Origin: a bacterium
Lineage (GTDB): Bacteria > Krumholzibacteriota > Krumholzibacteriia > JACNKJ01
Length of the DNA stretch: 64,000 nt
Assembly: GCA_024231955.1 (NCBI GenBank)
Contig: JAAEPZ010000512.1
Location: forward strand, 91,578-155,577
Reading direction: 5' to 3'
The notes beneath the pieces were generated by a model. It was not told the origin of the DNA. It was given only the letters and a program-made list of their open reading frames with translations, and did no database searches. Position numbers and translations under genes: made by a program. This document shows, piece by piece, positions 10,139 through 20,461 of the stretch (its first letter is position 1; each line of letters opens with the position of its first letter).

Positions 10139-11710
10139 CTACTTCAGCAGAATCATCTTGCGCGTCAGCACCTGATCGGCTGATTCCAGGCGATAAAAGT
10201 AGACGCCACCACTTACCCGCCCGCCATCGGCATCCAGGCCGTGCCAGAGCACCGATTGCTCGCCGGCCTCTCTGATCTCGTCGTCGATCAGCATCTTGAG
10301 CAGACGCCCGCGGACATCGTAGATGCCCAGCCGTACCTGGGCGGTAGTCTGCAGACTGAAATTGATCTCCGTCACGGGATTGAACGGGTTGGGGTGGTTC
10401 TGGGACAATCGCATGTTGAACGGCGGAGTTGCGATTCCGGTCGGGACACTGCACCCCTGGCTGCGACAGCCGATGAGATAACCGCACTCGTTGTTCGGGG
10501 GCAGGCAGGGTGAGTCCGCCGCTATGTTGAGATTGCCGGTGGCGGGATTGCAAAACAGAGGATCCTCACTGAAATTACCGTCGACATTCTCGTAGGCGGC
10601 GATGCAGCCGATCCAGTCGCCATCCGTATTGCCGTGGATATCGGAGCACTCAATCTCCAGATCGGGGTCGCCGGTGCAGTGAAATGGCGGGGTGAAGTTA
10701 CCGGCCATCACGCAACTGCTGAGCGCCAGCTTACCCCCCAGGAGTTCGACGCAGGAGGCGGGTTGCTCCGGATTGGGTCCGCTGTTGGCGCTGAAGCTGC
10801 AGAAGGATATCCAGGACTGCTGCTCATTACCCCGGCAGAGTATGGCCGTGTCGTTGGCGAAAAACAGAGAGGTCACCACATTGAGCCAGGAGGTCTCGCG
10901 CTCCATGTAACAGATGGCGCCGGACAGGCCGTATTCGCGGGTCCAGTTGGCTATGAAACTGCTGTCCTTGACCATCAGGCGATATGTGCCGTTACCGGCT
11001 CGGGTACGCGGCGGAGCCGGCTGCTGGTAGGCTGCGTCATAAACCGGCGCAATTGTGACCTGGCCATCGGCGTCCGTGGTCTTCGACCACCCGCCGAAAA
11101 TGACGGCCCCGCTCCAGTCGGCGAGATTGTTGACGATCTCACACGCGGCGATGCGGGTATCGCTTAAGCTCCGGCTGGCGATGGCGCCGCCGATGACCGC
11201 ATCGTTCTCCACTAAGCGGCAATTGCTGATCAGCGGGGCGCAGTACCAGTCCCCCATCAACGCGCCGCCGATCGGAGCTCGGTTGCGGATGAAGATGCAG
11301 TTATTGATCCGGGGTGAGGCATACTCGCCGACGTAAACGGCGCCACCCATCTCCCCCTGGTGAACCAAACCGTTGGTGACGGTAACGCCATGAAGGCTGG
11401 CGGCGTCGGTCTCCCCGTTCACGAACGCAAAACCCCGACCATGATTGCCGCAATCAATAATGCAGGCCTCCGGATCGTAACCGGCCGAGCGGATCGTGAT
11501 CCCCTTGCCCATGAAGCTCACATCCCTGTTGCCGACCCCCTCGTAGGTGCCGTCGGCCAACTCAACGATATCGCCGCTGACGGCGGCCAGCACAGCCGCC
11601 TGAATGGTCGCATATTCGCCGCCTCCGGCGGGTTCGACATTCAATATTCTGGCGGATGCCGTCGTAGCGCAGATAAAACAGAACGCACACATCATCAATC
11701 GTCTCCGCAT
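10139..11710 (-). CDS. Secreted right-handed beta-helix (pectate-lyase-like) protein with T9SS C-terminal sorting domain
   Basis: Signal peptide 'MRRRLMMCAFCFICATTASA'. Repeated beta-helix turns (NCIFIRNRAPIGGAL..., NCRLVENDAVIGGAI..., ACEIVNNLADWSGAV). C-terminal 'LSQNHPNPFNPVTEINF...GGVYFYRLES...ILLK' is the Por_Secre_tail. Start at the internal ATG 11710, preceded by a GGGGGA RBS. Confidence 0.6.
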   Translation of the reverse strand: MRRRLMMCAFCFICATTASARILNVEPAGGGEYATIQAAVLAAVSGDIVELADGTYEGVGNRDVSFMGKGITIRSAGYDPEACIIDCGNHGRGFAFVNGETDAASLHGVTVTNGLVHQGEMGGAVYVGEYASPRINNCIFIRNRAPIGGALMGDWYCAPLISNCRLVENDAVIGGAIASRSLSDTRIAACEIVNNLADWSGAVIFGGWSKTTDADGQVTIAPVYDAAYQQPAPPRTRAGNGTYRLMVKDSSFIANWTREYGLSGAICYMERETSWLNVVTSLFFANDTAILCRGNEQQSWISFCSFSANSGPNPEQPASCVELLGGKLALSSCVMAGNFTPPFHCTGDPDLEIECSDIHGNTDGDWIGCIAAYENVDGNFSEDPLFCNPATGNLNIAADSPCLPPNNECGYLIGCRSQGCSVPTGIATPPFNMRLSQNHPNPFNPVTEINFSLQTTAQVRLGIYDVRGRLLKMLIDDEIREAGEQSVLWHGLDADGGRVSGGVYFYRLESADQVLTRKMILLK

Positions 11711-11881
11711 GGAGTCCCCCTTGTTCGGGTCTGACATTACGATAACATTTATATTATAGCGCCATACCTTCGATCATGTCGACCCAATGTGGAGACGGTA
11801 TCCGGTGCAGGCGGAACGATCAGGTTCACGAAAAAAGGGGCGCCGTTCGACGCCCCCATCCGGATATATTGCGGGTGCGTA

Positions 11882-13789
11882 TCAGCGCAGCAGGACGACT
11901 CGACGTGTCGCACTGCCCAGTTCGGTACTCAGACGGACCAGGTAGACGCCGCCCGCCACTCTCACGCCTGTATCATCGCGACCGTCCCACTCCAGGGACC
12001 GATCTCCCGCGCCCTGCCGCCCCGCGATCAGACTCCGCACACGCCGCCCCCGGATATCAAAAACGGCCAGATCGATCTGGCCCGATCGCTCCAGGCTGAA
12101 ACGGATACCCATTCCGTCAATGGCAGGGTTGGGTGAGGGGAGACCCAGCTCAAATTGAAACTCGATCTGCGGGTCCGCTACGGCGGTGGCCGTGTAATCC
12201 ACACTGACCTGCCAGCCATGAGCCTCGGACGGGATATTCCGGCGCACATCCTCACTGTCGTAACCGACCACCGCCAGCAACGGGCACTCATCCAGCCCCA
12301 GCGCAAGCAGATCACCGGCCGTAATCAGGCAGTCGGGCTCCACCTGATCCGCCAGCAGTCGGCCGTTCAGATACCACCTGAAGGTCAGGTGATCTATGGC
12401 CGGCGTGTTGAGCGAGAAGGTGCGGCCGATCAGATCCAGCGGGTAGTTCACGTCGCCGGGCGGGGAGACCGAGTCGACCAGATCCAGGCTGTTCAGCAGG
12501 GTGACGGTTATCGCCTCTTCGCACACCGGGCAGAAATCGTCGGGCACGTAGCGCATCAGACACTGCCGCCAGGGTCGATAGTACTGACTGTCGCAAAAAT
12601 GTCCGCCCAGAAAAGCTCCCACCACACCCTCGTAGGTCGAGGTGTCCGGTGTCGGCAGGGGGGTACCCGGTTCGATCCAGTGAGCCCAGGGGATGTCATC
12701 AATGTCGGGGGTTTGCGAGATGTTGGGTGTCGGCCACCAGGGCCAGGAGCAGTTGCCGCCGTACTCATCGCCCAGGCCATTGAAGGCGTGACCGAACTCG
12801 TGGATGAAAACCCCGGCTTCCGCCAGAGGGTTGTCCACGGTCATCAGCAGCGGCTGGCCGCCCCAGGCCGAATAGGTGGAGGTGTTGATCAGCACTATCA
12901 CGCGATCCCAGACCCCGGGGCCGATCACCTGATCGGCCAGATCGTAGACCCGGGCATCCCCATCCCCGGCCAGTTGCATCAGAAAGCCGCAGTCGACAAA
13001 GAGCGAATTGAAGTAGGTGTCCACGAAAGTGCCGCAGGGCTCATTGTCGATGCCACGCTCCGCGCTCTCCACGTCGATCCGGTAGACGTTCATGGCGTTG
13101 GCCAGATCATCCCAGGGTTCGAAATCCCTGAAGTGCCGCAGAACATACTGCTCCACATCCTCGACGAAGGCCCCGTCGGCAATATCCGCCGCCGTGTAGC
13201 CTTCACTCAAAACGGCCACAACCAGACGATTGTCATCGGGGCCGTTGTCGAACACCTTCTCCCACCCGATCAGCGCTTCACCGGCCCGGCCGCCGGAATC
13301 GGGCAAGGGCAAGGGTCGCTCGGTTGCAGTGAAGGCCGGGGGGAGATCGAACCCGCAGCGCTCCGCCACGGGCCGCAGACGGATGGCCGCAACCAGGTGT
13401 GCGGGCGGGCCCGCCAGGCGGAGCAGGATCGTCCCCTGATCGGGGATGCCGCCCCCATGTCTCGTCTCCCGCGTCGGATCGCATCCGCCAGGGTTGCCGA
13501 GGGGCAGTTCAACCTGGGTGCTGCGGAGCGGAGCACCGGCACCGTTCAACCAGATCACCTCGCAGGGCAGGCGCAGCAGGGCGGAGCTCAATCCCGGACT
13601 GCCGACATCCTTGCGCAAGGGGGGCATGACCTCCGCCCGCAGAAGGCCGAAGCCGGCGTCGTCATAATCGAGGAGTATCTGCCAGTTGATGTCATCGGCA
13701 CCAGGTGGGCTTGCCAGCACTTCCCCGTTCGGAATCGGTGCCAGGCAAAGAACCGTTAGAGTGGTGATCAGCATCAGAACCTGATTCAT
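11882..13789 (-). CDS. M64 (IgA-peptidase-like) zinc metallopeptidase with T9SS C-terminal sorting domain
   Basis: Signal peptide. 'VFIHEFGHAFNGLGDEYGG' matches the M64 HExxH...ADEY motif. C-terminal 'GMGIRFSLERSGQIDLAVFDIRGRRVRSL...GGVYLVRLS...VVLLR' resembles the T9SS CTD. Confidence 0.55.
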   Translation of the reverse strand: MNQVLMLITTLTVLCLAPIPNGEVLASPPGADDINWQILLDYDDAGFGLLRAEVMPPLRKDVGSPGLSSALLRLPCEVIWLNGAGAPLRSTQVELPLGNPGGCDPTRETRHGGGIPDQGTILLRLAGPPAHLVAAIRLRPVAERCGFDLPPAFTATERPLPLPDSGGRAGEALIGWEKVFDNGPDDNRLVVAVLSEGYTAADIADGAFVEDVEQYVLRHFRDFEPWDDLANAMNVYRIDVESAERGIDNEPCGTFVDTYFNSLFVDCGFLMQLAGDGDARVYDLADQVIGPGVWDRVIVLINTSTYSAWGGQPLLMTVDNPLAEAGVFIHEFGHAFNGLGDEYGGNCSWPWWPTPNISQTPDIDDIPWAHWIEPGTPLPTPDTSTYEGVVGAFLGGHFCDSQYYRPWRQCLMRYVPDDFCPVCEEAITVTLLNSLDLVDSVSPPGDVNYPLDLIGRTFSLNTPAIDHLTFRWYLNGRLLADQVEPDCLITAGDLLALGLDECPLLAVVGYDSEDVRRNIPSEAHGWQVSVDYTATAVADPQIEFQFELGLPSPNPAIDGMGIRFSLERSGQIDLAVFDIRGRRVRSLIAGRQGAGDRSLEWDGRDDTGVRVAGGVYLVRLSTELGSATRRVVLLR

Positions 13790-14050
13790 GAATATCTCCC
13801 GTGGCTGCCGTATTTGATTGGATCGGTGAAATAAACAGGCGTCTTGACTTCAGTCCGGGATGATCATAGGCGTGATCGGCTCACGGAACCTGATGGAAAC
13901 ATTCTGAAAATGTATAAATTCTTGATATAGGACGGATTATGCCCATATGGCGGAGGTATGCGGTGCGGCAACCGGAATAGGTGCATCCCGCCGAAGTCCC
14001 GCATACTGACTTGAACCGGATACGGTACCCGAACATGGAGAGGGTTGCCG

Positions 14051-15355
14051 CTATTCCAGCAGCAACCCCGCCAGTCGCCGAATCTCGATGTAGGTGGAGC
14101 AGGCCTGGAAGCGGGCCTGCAGGTGGGATGACCTCGCTCTGCTGTAACTGACCTGAGCGTCGCGAAACTCCAGTGATGTGGATACTCCCGCCTCGACCAG
14201 CTGCTCCTGGAGCGCCAGACTCCGCCGTGCCGCAGACTCATTGCTCGCGGCCAGGTCAACAAGCGTCAGGCGCTGTCTGTGGATCGACAGCACTTCGGTC
14301 ACCCTCGCCGTCAGGTCCCGCTGGACCCGCTCCTCCTCCAGCCCCGCAATCCGCCGATTCACCTTGGCCCTCTGCAGGTTCATCCGCTTCCGATAACCGT
14401 CAAAGATGCTGATGGAGAGGGTAAGCCCCACGGAGAGATCTCGCGATTCGCTGACCAGATCGGCGACCTCGGGTGAGGTTGTGGGCGATACCGTGCGATC
14501 GCTGTAGCCCCAGGAGGAGTTGAGGGTGAGGCGCGGCCAGTAGGCCGACCTGGCGCTGGACACATCGAAGCCGGCGAGGGCCGTCCCCTGCCGCGCAAGA
14601 TTGAGGGCGCTGTTCGCCGCCATGACCCGCGTCAATATCTGCTCGTCATCCATGGTCAGTTCATTGGCCGGAATATCGGTGACGACCACCAGGTCATCCC
14701 CCTCCGGGTTGCCCAGCAGCAGGTTCAACTCCCGACGGGCATGATCCGCCAGCAGCTCCTGCTCCAGCCACGCCGCCCGATCGGTGTTCCGGGCGACCTG
14801 GGCCAGCAGGAGGTCGGTCTCGGACACGCCGCCCAGATCGCGCCGCACACGATTCTGATCCAGTCGCGCCTCGGACACCGTCAGGTTCTCCGCGGCGGCG
14901 GCCAGCAGTTGTCGCTGCAAAACCAGATTGTGATAAGCCAGGCTGATCGCCGCTACCTCCTGTTCTATCGTCGCCCGCAACTGCTGTTCTCCCCTGACCG
15001 CCAACTGCTCGTAGCGCTTCCGGGTGGTGAACATTTCGAGGCCGTCGAAGATGGTCCAGTTCAGAAGCAGGTTGCCGCTCAACTGCTCCGACTCGCTCTC
15101 GGCGATTGTCCCGGGCGAATCGGATTCGACATCGCTCCAACCGCGTTGGTAGCCGCCGGATGCGGACAGATCGGGGAGGAGGGCCGCCCGCCCCTGACCG
15201 CGATCGATTCGGCTGGTCTCCACCTGCTGTCTGGCGATACGGATCTGGAAATTGCGCTCCAGTCCCAGAGCAATCGCCTGCTCGGCGGTCAGCACGTCGT
15301 CGGCACCGGCGGGTACGGCCAGCAGCACAAACAGAACGATCAGCAGCTGTCTCAT
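14051..15355 (-). CDS. TolC-family outer membrane efflux protein
   Basis: Signal peptide, then 'LTAEQAIALGLERNFQIRIARQQVETSRIDRGQGRAALLPDLSASGGY' and duplicated coiled-coil/beta-barrel repeats. Sits 11 nt downstream of the RND permease. Confidence 0.8.
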   Translation of the reverse strand: MRQLLIVLFVLLAVPAGADDVLTAEQAIALGLERNFQIRIARQQVETSRIDRGQGRAALLPDLSASGGYQRGWSDVESDSPGTIAESESEQLSGNLLLNWTIFDGLEMFTTRKRYEQLAVRGEQQLRATIEQEVAAISLAYHNLVLQRQLLAAAAENLTVSEARLDQNRVRRDLGGVSETDLLLAQVARNTDRAAWLEQELLADHARRELNLLLGNPEGDDLVVVTDIPANELTMDDEQILTRVMAANSALNLARQGTALAGFDVSSARSAYWPRLTLNSSWGYSDRTVSPTTSPEVADLVSESRDLSVGLTLSISIFDGYRKRMNLQRAKVNRRIAGLEEERVQRDLTARVTEVLSIHRQRLTLVDLAASNESAARRSLALQEQLVEAGVSTSLEFRDAQVSYSRARSSHLQARFQACSTYIEIRRLAGLLLE

Positions 15356-15366
15356 CGCAATCTCCT

Positions 15367-18300
15367 TCAGACTTGTTCCGGAATCGTTTCGCCGAGTTCA
15401 CGCACCGCCGGCTCCACGGCCTCCTGGCTTTGCGTCCGTCCCAGCAAGCGGCTGACCCGGTAACGGATGGTGTTCATGATCATATAGAATGAGGGGAGTA
15501 TCACCAGCAGGATCACCGTGCCGAAGATCAACCCGAAGGCGACCGAGATCGCCATCGGAATCAGGAACTGAGCCTGACGGCTCTGCTCCAGCATCAGGGG
15601 CGCCAGACCGCAAGCGGTGGTGACCGTGGTCAGAATGATGGGGCGCAGTCTGGTTATCCCCGCATTGTACACGGCATCCTGCACCCTCTGACCGAGGCGG
15701 AGATTGCGGTTGATCTGATCCACCAGCACGATGCTGTCGTTGATGATGATCCCGCTCAGGGCGATCACTCCGAACAGGGACATCATGCTCAGCTGCATCC
15801 CCATGATGCCGTGACCCCAGATCGCCCCAATGATGCCGATGGGGATCAGCGAAAAGATCAACGCCGCCTGCCCCCAGGAGCGGAACACGAGCACCATCAG
15901 CAGAAACATGCCCAACAGGGCCAGCGGCAGCACCCTCTTCATGGAGCTGGCGGTCTTGGCCGTGTCGCGCGACTGCCCCTCGAACGATGAGGAGATACCG
16001 GAAACCTGAGCCAGGACGCGGGGCAGCACATCGTCCCTGATCTCGGCCAGAATCGGCGGCAGGTCTTCTGTGGGATCGCTTTGGCTGGCCTCCACCCTGA
16101 TCTCCTGCTGTTGATCCAGGCGATTGATCGTCGTCACACCCCTGTCGATGGTGTACTCGGCCAGTTGGCTGAAAGGATACTCCGCGCCCTGGGGCGTGCG
16201 GATCCGCATCCTGTCCAGGCGGCCCAGCGAGGAACGATCCTCGGGCCGGTAGCGAACCCAGACCCTGATCTCGTCGTGCCCACGCTGCAACCGTTGGATC
16301 TCCTGGCCGAAGAACCCCTGGCGAATCTGGCCGACCAGATCGCTCAAGGTCAATCCCAGCGCCAGCGCCCTCGGCTTCAGGGTGATGTTCAATTCGCGTC
16401 GTCCCGCGACATCGGTATCGGAGACCCCGGTCAGGCTGTCGAAGTTCCTCAACTCCGCAGCCAGAAGGTCGCGCGCATGTTGCAGCTGTTCGGTGTCGTT
16501 GCCCAGAAGGCTGACCGAGATCGCCTTGCCGAAGTGCCCGGAACGTCCCAGGGTGAATTTCTGAACTCCGGGCAATGGGCCGATCTCCTTGCGGATGCGG
16601 GCGGAGATCAGGTAGCTGTCCATATCGCGTGCCTCGCCGTCGAGCAGTTGAATATTCAGGTTGCCGGCATGGCTGCCCGAATCGCCCGTCCGATTGCTGC
16701 CGATCTCCCTGATGATGCCGGTCACCACATCGGCGCCATCGGCCCGCTCCCCCCTCATCTCCTCGTTGACCCTCCAGACGGCCTTTTCGATCCGCTCCAG
16801 CATCGCCTGCGTGTCCGCCTCCTGACTGCCGGCCTTCAGACTCAGCTGAACGGGGATACTGTCGCCATCCACAACCGGGAAGAAGGTGAGGCCGATCCTG
16901 CCGCCCCCCACGAGGCCGATCGTGAGCAGGATTGCCGACAGGGGCAGGGCGAGCACAAGCCAGCGATGGGCGATGGCGTTGCGGAGAACGGGTGCGTAGA
17001 TGCGCTGTGTGAATCGGTCGATCACCTTTTCGGTCCAGATGCGGAACCGCCCCTTGGTGCGGCTGTGATCAAGAGCCCTGGAGTGAGCCAGGTGCCCGGG
17101 GAGGATCAGGAAGGACTCCACCAGCGAGAAGATCAGCGCCGCAATCACCACGGTGGCGTTCTGCCACATGAACTTGCCCATCATCCCGTCCAGGAAGAAC
17201 AGGGGGGTGAAGGCGATGATGGTGGTCATGACGGAGGTCACCACCGGTCCCAGCACCTCCATGCTGCCGTTGATGGCTGCATGGACCTGGTTCTCCCCCC
17301 GCTCGGTGCGGGCATAGATGTTCTCGGCGACCACGATGGCGTCATCCACCAGGATACCCACCACGATGATCATCCCGAAGAGGGAGATCACGTTGATGGT
17401 CAGCCCCCCCAGCGAAATGAGTATGAACATGCCCGCGAATGAGAAGGGGATGCCCAGAGTCACCCAGAACGAGAGTCGCATCTTGAGGAAGAAGCCCAGG
17501 CACAGCACGATCAACAGCGCGCCGAACACACCGTTGCGCACCAGCAGTGAGACACGCTGCCGCAGGGGGACGGTGCGGTCGTCCAGAATTGTCGCCTGGA
17601 TATCGCCGTTGGTCCGATTGAAATCCTCGACCACCTGGTAGGCGACGTTGGCCATGGCCAGGATGTCCTCGCCGGCGGCCTGGTCGATGTTCAGGAAAAC
17701 AGCGGGGTGATCGTTGTAGAACATCCGCTGAGGATCGTCCCGCCACAGCTCCCTGATCTCGGCCACATCGCCCAGAGCGACCACGCCGCCGGAGGGGTCG
17801 GTGCGCAGGGGTATGGTGAGGAGATCCTCGGGTTTGTAGCCTCGGCCCCAGGTGCGGATCAGGATCTCCTCTTTCACGGTGTCGAACTTGCCGCCGGAAA
17901 GATTGATGTTGAATTTCCTGACGGCCTGGGCGATCTCGTCAAACCGCAGGTTGTATTGCCGCAGCCGCTCCTCCGACACCTCGATCGAGAACTCCAGACC
18001 GGGCAACCCGCGCAGATCCACCTGGGAGACGGCATCCGCGCTCAGCAGGCGGTCGCGCATCTCGTCGGTAATCGTCTTGAGGTTGTACAGGTCGAGATCG
18101 CCGTAGAGGGCTATCGACAGAGAGCGGGAGCGGAACCGCTGCTGCGAGACGATCGGCTCCTCGGCGTCCAGCGGGAACGAGCCGATGGCGTCAATCGCGT
18201 TCTTGACGTCGGCCACCAGACGATCCATATCGGCACCCAGCCGCGACTGCACCGACACCACGCTCAACCCCTCGCTGGAGATCGAAGTCAGCCTATCGAC

Positions 18301-18531
18301 ACCCTCGGTTCCATCCAGCGTCTCCTCGATCTTGAGGGTGACGCCCTCGGCCACCTCGCTCGGCGAGGCGCCGGGGTAGATGACCCGCACGGTGATGACA
18401 TCCGGCTTGGTCTCGGGGAAGAACGAGTATCGCATCTGCTTCAGGGAGATGAAGCCGAAGAACATCACGCTGAGCATGAGGACATTGACCCAGATCCGAT
18501 GACGCACGAAGAAGGTGATTATGCTTCTCAT
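15367..18531 (-). CDS. RND (AcrB/HAE1-like) efflux permease
   Basis: 1054 aa with 12-TM RND architecture and large periplasmic loops. Typical N-terminus 'MRSIITFFVRHRIWVNVLMLSVMFFGFISL'. Confidence 0.9.
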   Translation of the reverse strand: MRSIITFFVRHRIWVNVLMLSVMFFGFISLKQMRYSFFPETKPDVITVRVIYPGASPSEVAEGVTLKIEETLDGTEGVDRLTSISSEGLSVVSVQSRLGADMDRLVADVKNAIDAIGSFPLDAEEPIVSQQRFRSRSLSIALYGDLDLYNLKTITDEMRDRLLSADAVSQVDLRGLPGLEFSIEVSEERLRQYNLRFDEIAQAVRKFNINLSGGKFDTVKEEILIRTWGRGYKPEDLLTIPLRTDPSGGVVALGDVAEIRELWRDDPQRMFYNDHPAVFLNIDQAAGEDILAMANVAYQVVEDFNRTNGDIQATILDDRTVPLRQRVSLLVRNGVFGALLIVLCLGFFLKMRLSFWVTLGIPFSFAGMFILISLGGLTINVISLFGMIIVVGILVDDAIVVAENIYARTERGENQVHAAINGSMEVLGPVVTSVMTTIIAFTPLFFLDGMMGKFMWQNATVVIAALIFSLVESFLILPGHLAHSRALDHSRTKGRFRIWTEKVIDRFTQRIYAPVLRNAIAHRWLVLALPLSAILLTIGLVGGGRIGLTFFPVVDGDSIPVQLSLKAGSQEADTQAMLERIEKAVWRVNEEMRGERADGADVVTGIIREIGSNRTGDSGSHAGNLNIQLLDGEARDMDSYLISARIRKEIGPLPGVQKFTLGRSGHFGKAISVSLLGNDTEQLQHARDLLAAELRNFDSLTGVSDTDVAGRRELNITLKPRALALGLTLSDLVGQIRQGFFGQEIQRLQRGHDEIRVWVRYRPEDRSSLGRLDRMRIRTPQGAEYPFSQLAEYTIDRGVTTINRLDQQQEIRVEASQSDPTEDLPPILAEIRDDVLPRVLAQVSGISSSFEGQSRDTAKTASSMKRVLPLALLGMFLLMVLVFRSWGQAALIFSLIPIGIIGAIWGHGIMGMQLSMMSLFGVIALSGIIINDSIVLVDQINRNLRLGQRVQDAVYNAGITRLRPIILTTVTTACGLAPLMLEQSRQAQFLIPMAISVAFGLIFGTVILLVILPSFYMIMNTIRYRVSRLLGRTQSQEAVEPAVRELGETIPEQV

Positions 18532-19748
18532 CGCACATCTCCGGTCGGCTTGTGGCCTGCCTGCGGCGGATGTTGCTCACCGTTCGGCGGCGCCTGTCCG
18601 CCTGAGTGCCTGGCCTGCATTGCGCGGCGTGAGTTGGCCGGCATGCCCGGGATGACCCCCTGCATGTTCTCGACCACCAGCTCCAGGCCATCGGTCAGAT
18701 CACCGCCGATCAGCGCGGTCATGTCCTCCAGGCGGAGAATCTCCACCAGATGCGGCACCAGGTGACCATCGGTAATGGTGTAGACCAGATTGTCGTCATA
18801 GATGGCTTCGCGCGGAATCCGCATGCCCCAACCCAGCTCCCGGCCGGGCAACTCCGCTTCGAGGAAACTGCCGTCGTGCAGTGTGGCCAGGTCGGCCGAG
18901 GGGAGGGCGATGAAGACCGGCACGGTTTGCGTCTGCAGATCGATGGCCCTGCTCACCCGGACGATCCGCCCGCGCCAGGTCCGGCCGCTCTCGCTGGAGT
19001 AGAGCATCACCTCACCCTCCCGATCCAGCCAGGGCAGGTCGGTGGTCGAGACGGAGAGCATGACCTCCATCTCCTCGAGATTGATGATCGTCCCCAGGCG
19101 GCCGCCGATTCCGGTCGTACTGCCGGCGGGCAGATTGACGCCGGTCACGACGCCGTCGAAGGGGGCGACGACACTGTGCTTCTCCAGTTTGATCTCCAGC
19201 GACCGGATGGCGAAGTAGAGCTTGTAGATGTTGAAGCGGGCCAGGTAGAGGCGGATCTTGCCGTTGTCCGCCTCGGGCAATGGGGCAAGCGTACTGTCGA
19301 ACGAGATGCCGTCGAAACAGGCCTGCCAACCGGCAAACTCGGCGGGGAAGTCCAACTGGATTTCCGGCAGCAGGAGAGCCAGAGCCTTGAGCAGCTCACT
19401 CTTCTGACTGCTGATCTCCAGCTTGATCTGGCGATCATCCACACGCAGCAACACATCCCCCTGCTTGAATTCGAGACCGTTGCGGAAGGGTTGATCCCCC
19501 GCCAGCAGGAGACCGCCGACCTCGCTCGCCAGGGTGACGGGCTGGGCGCTGGCCGCGCGACCAAAGGCCGTGATCCGGCTCCGGAGAGGTCCGAAGCGGA
19601 CAGTCTCGGTGGCGACCACCATCGTCCGGACGGGGGGCGTGTGGCGAGGTTTCTCCTCACGCATCCCCAACAGCACTTTCATGAGGACGAATCCGACCAG
19701 GACCACTAGGATCGGCAGCATATATTTGACAAGGCGATTCGATTTCAT
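18528..19748 (-). CDS. RND efflux membrane fusion protein (periplasmic adaptor)
   Basis: N-terminal TM anchor, HlyD/biotin-lipoyl-like beta-sandwich and coiled-coil regions. Its stop overlaps the RND start by 4 nt. Unusual Pro/Gln/His-rich C-terminal tail. Confidence 0.8.
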   Translation of the reverse strand: MKSNRLVKYMLPILVVLVGFVLMKVLLGMREEKPRHTPPVRTMVVATETVRFGPLRSRITAFGRAASAQPVTLASEVGGLLLAGDQPFRNGLEFKQGDVLLRVDDRQIKLEISSQKSELLKALALLLPEIQLDFPAEFAGWQACFDGISFDSTLAPLPEADNGKIRLYLARFNIYKLYFAIRSLEIKLEKHSVVAPFDGVVTGVNLPAGSTTGIGGRLGTIINLEEMEVMLSVSTTDLPWLDREGEVMLYSSESGRTWRGRIVRVSRAIDLQTQTVPVFIALPSADLATLHDGSFLEAELPGRELGWGMRIPREAIYDDNLVYTITDGHLVPHLVEILRLEDMTALIGGDLTDGLELVVENMQGVIPGMPANSRRAMQARHSGGQAPPNGEQHPPQAGHKPTGDVR

Positions 19749-19766
19749 CTCATCCCTTTTCGGGAA

Positions 19767-20240
19767 TTAGCCCTTGCAGTTGAAGGAGCTCTCCAGCTCC
19801 TCCATATTGGCGATGATCTTGGTGAGAGTATGCATGAAAATCCGGTAATCCGACCGCTTCACATCCTTGAAGGCCTCCGCCACGAACTCCTCGATCAGAG
19901 GGCGCAACTCCGTAACGGCCCTCTTGCCACGATCTGACACGTAAAGACGATAGCTGCGTCTGTCCTCGGGATCTTTCTCGCGCCTGACCAGGGATTCCCG
20001 CTCCAGGCGATCCAGGAGGCGGGTCAGATTGGGCTTGTCCTTGCAGATCATCTCGGCCAGCTGGGTCTGATTGATCCCCTCGTGGTCGATCAGCATGTTG
20101 AGCAACCCCCAGTGCTCAACGGTCTCCGAGTTGCCGCTCTTTTTGAAACGGCGGGTGATGCCGCGGCGGAGCAGCATCATGCTGCGGGCGATCATGTGCC
20201 CGGGATTGTCGGTGCCGTGGCCAATTTTACCGTGAGCCAT
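19767..20240 (-). CDS. MarR family transcriptional regulator
   Basis: 'INQTQLAEMICKDKPNLTRLLDRLERESLVRREKDPEDRRSYRLYVSDRGKRAV' is a winged-HTH MarR signature. Sits directly upstream of the efflux operon. Start taken at the internal ATG 20240; the ORF extends to 20324. Confidence 0.75.
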   Translation of the reverse strand: MAHGKIGHGTDNPGHMIARSMMLLRRGITRRFKKSGNSETVEHWGLLNMLIDHEGINQTQLAEMICKDKPNLTRLLDRLERESLVRREKDPEDRRSYRLYVSDRGKRAVTELRPLIEEFVAEAFKDVKRSDYRIFMHTLTKIIANMEELESSFNCKG

Positions 20241-20461
20241 CACTACCTTTCCGTGTAATATCAATCCAACCATAGTTGTCATGACAACTATTAACATGCT
20301 AACCAAATACCGGGATCGCCGCAAGGGGTAACTCCACCTGCGGCGGAGGATCGCGGCGCGTGTATGCTGATGTCCCCCGGCGGCATCCTCACAAAAAAAC
20401 CTCGAGCTGCCGCGGCAACTCGAGGTTGAGATTCGACGCGTCCCGTCAGCGCGGCTTCATC

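Noticed and set aside
13790-14050. 260-bp gap between the M64 gene start and the TolC gene end. I checked it for a tRNA or ncRNA.
   Set aside because: No cloverleaf-compatible sequence, no conserved tRNA T-loop (GTTCRANYC) and no clear hairpin terminator. It is probably promoter/terminator space.
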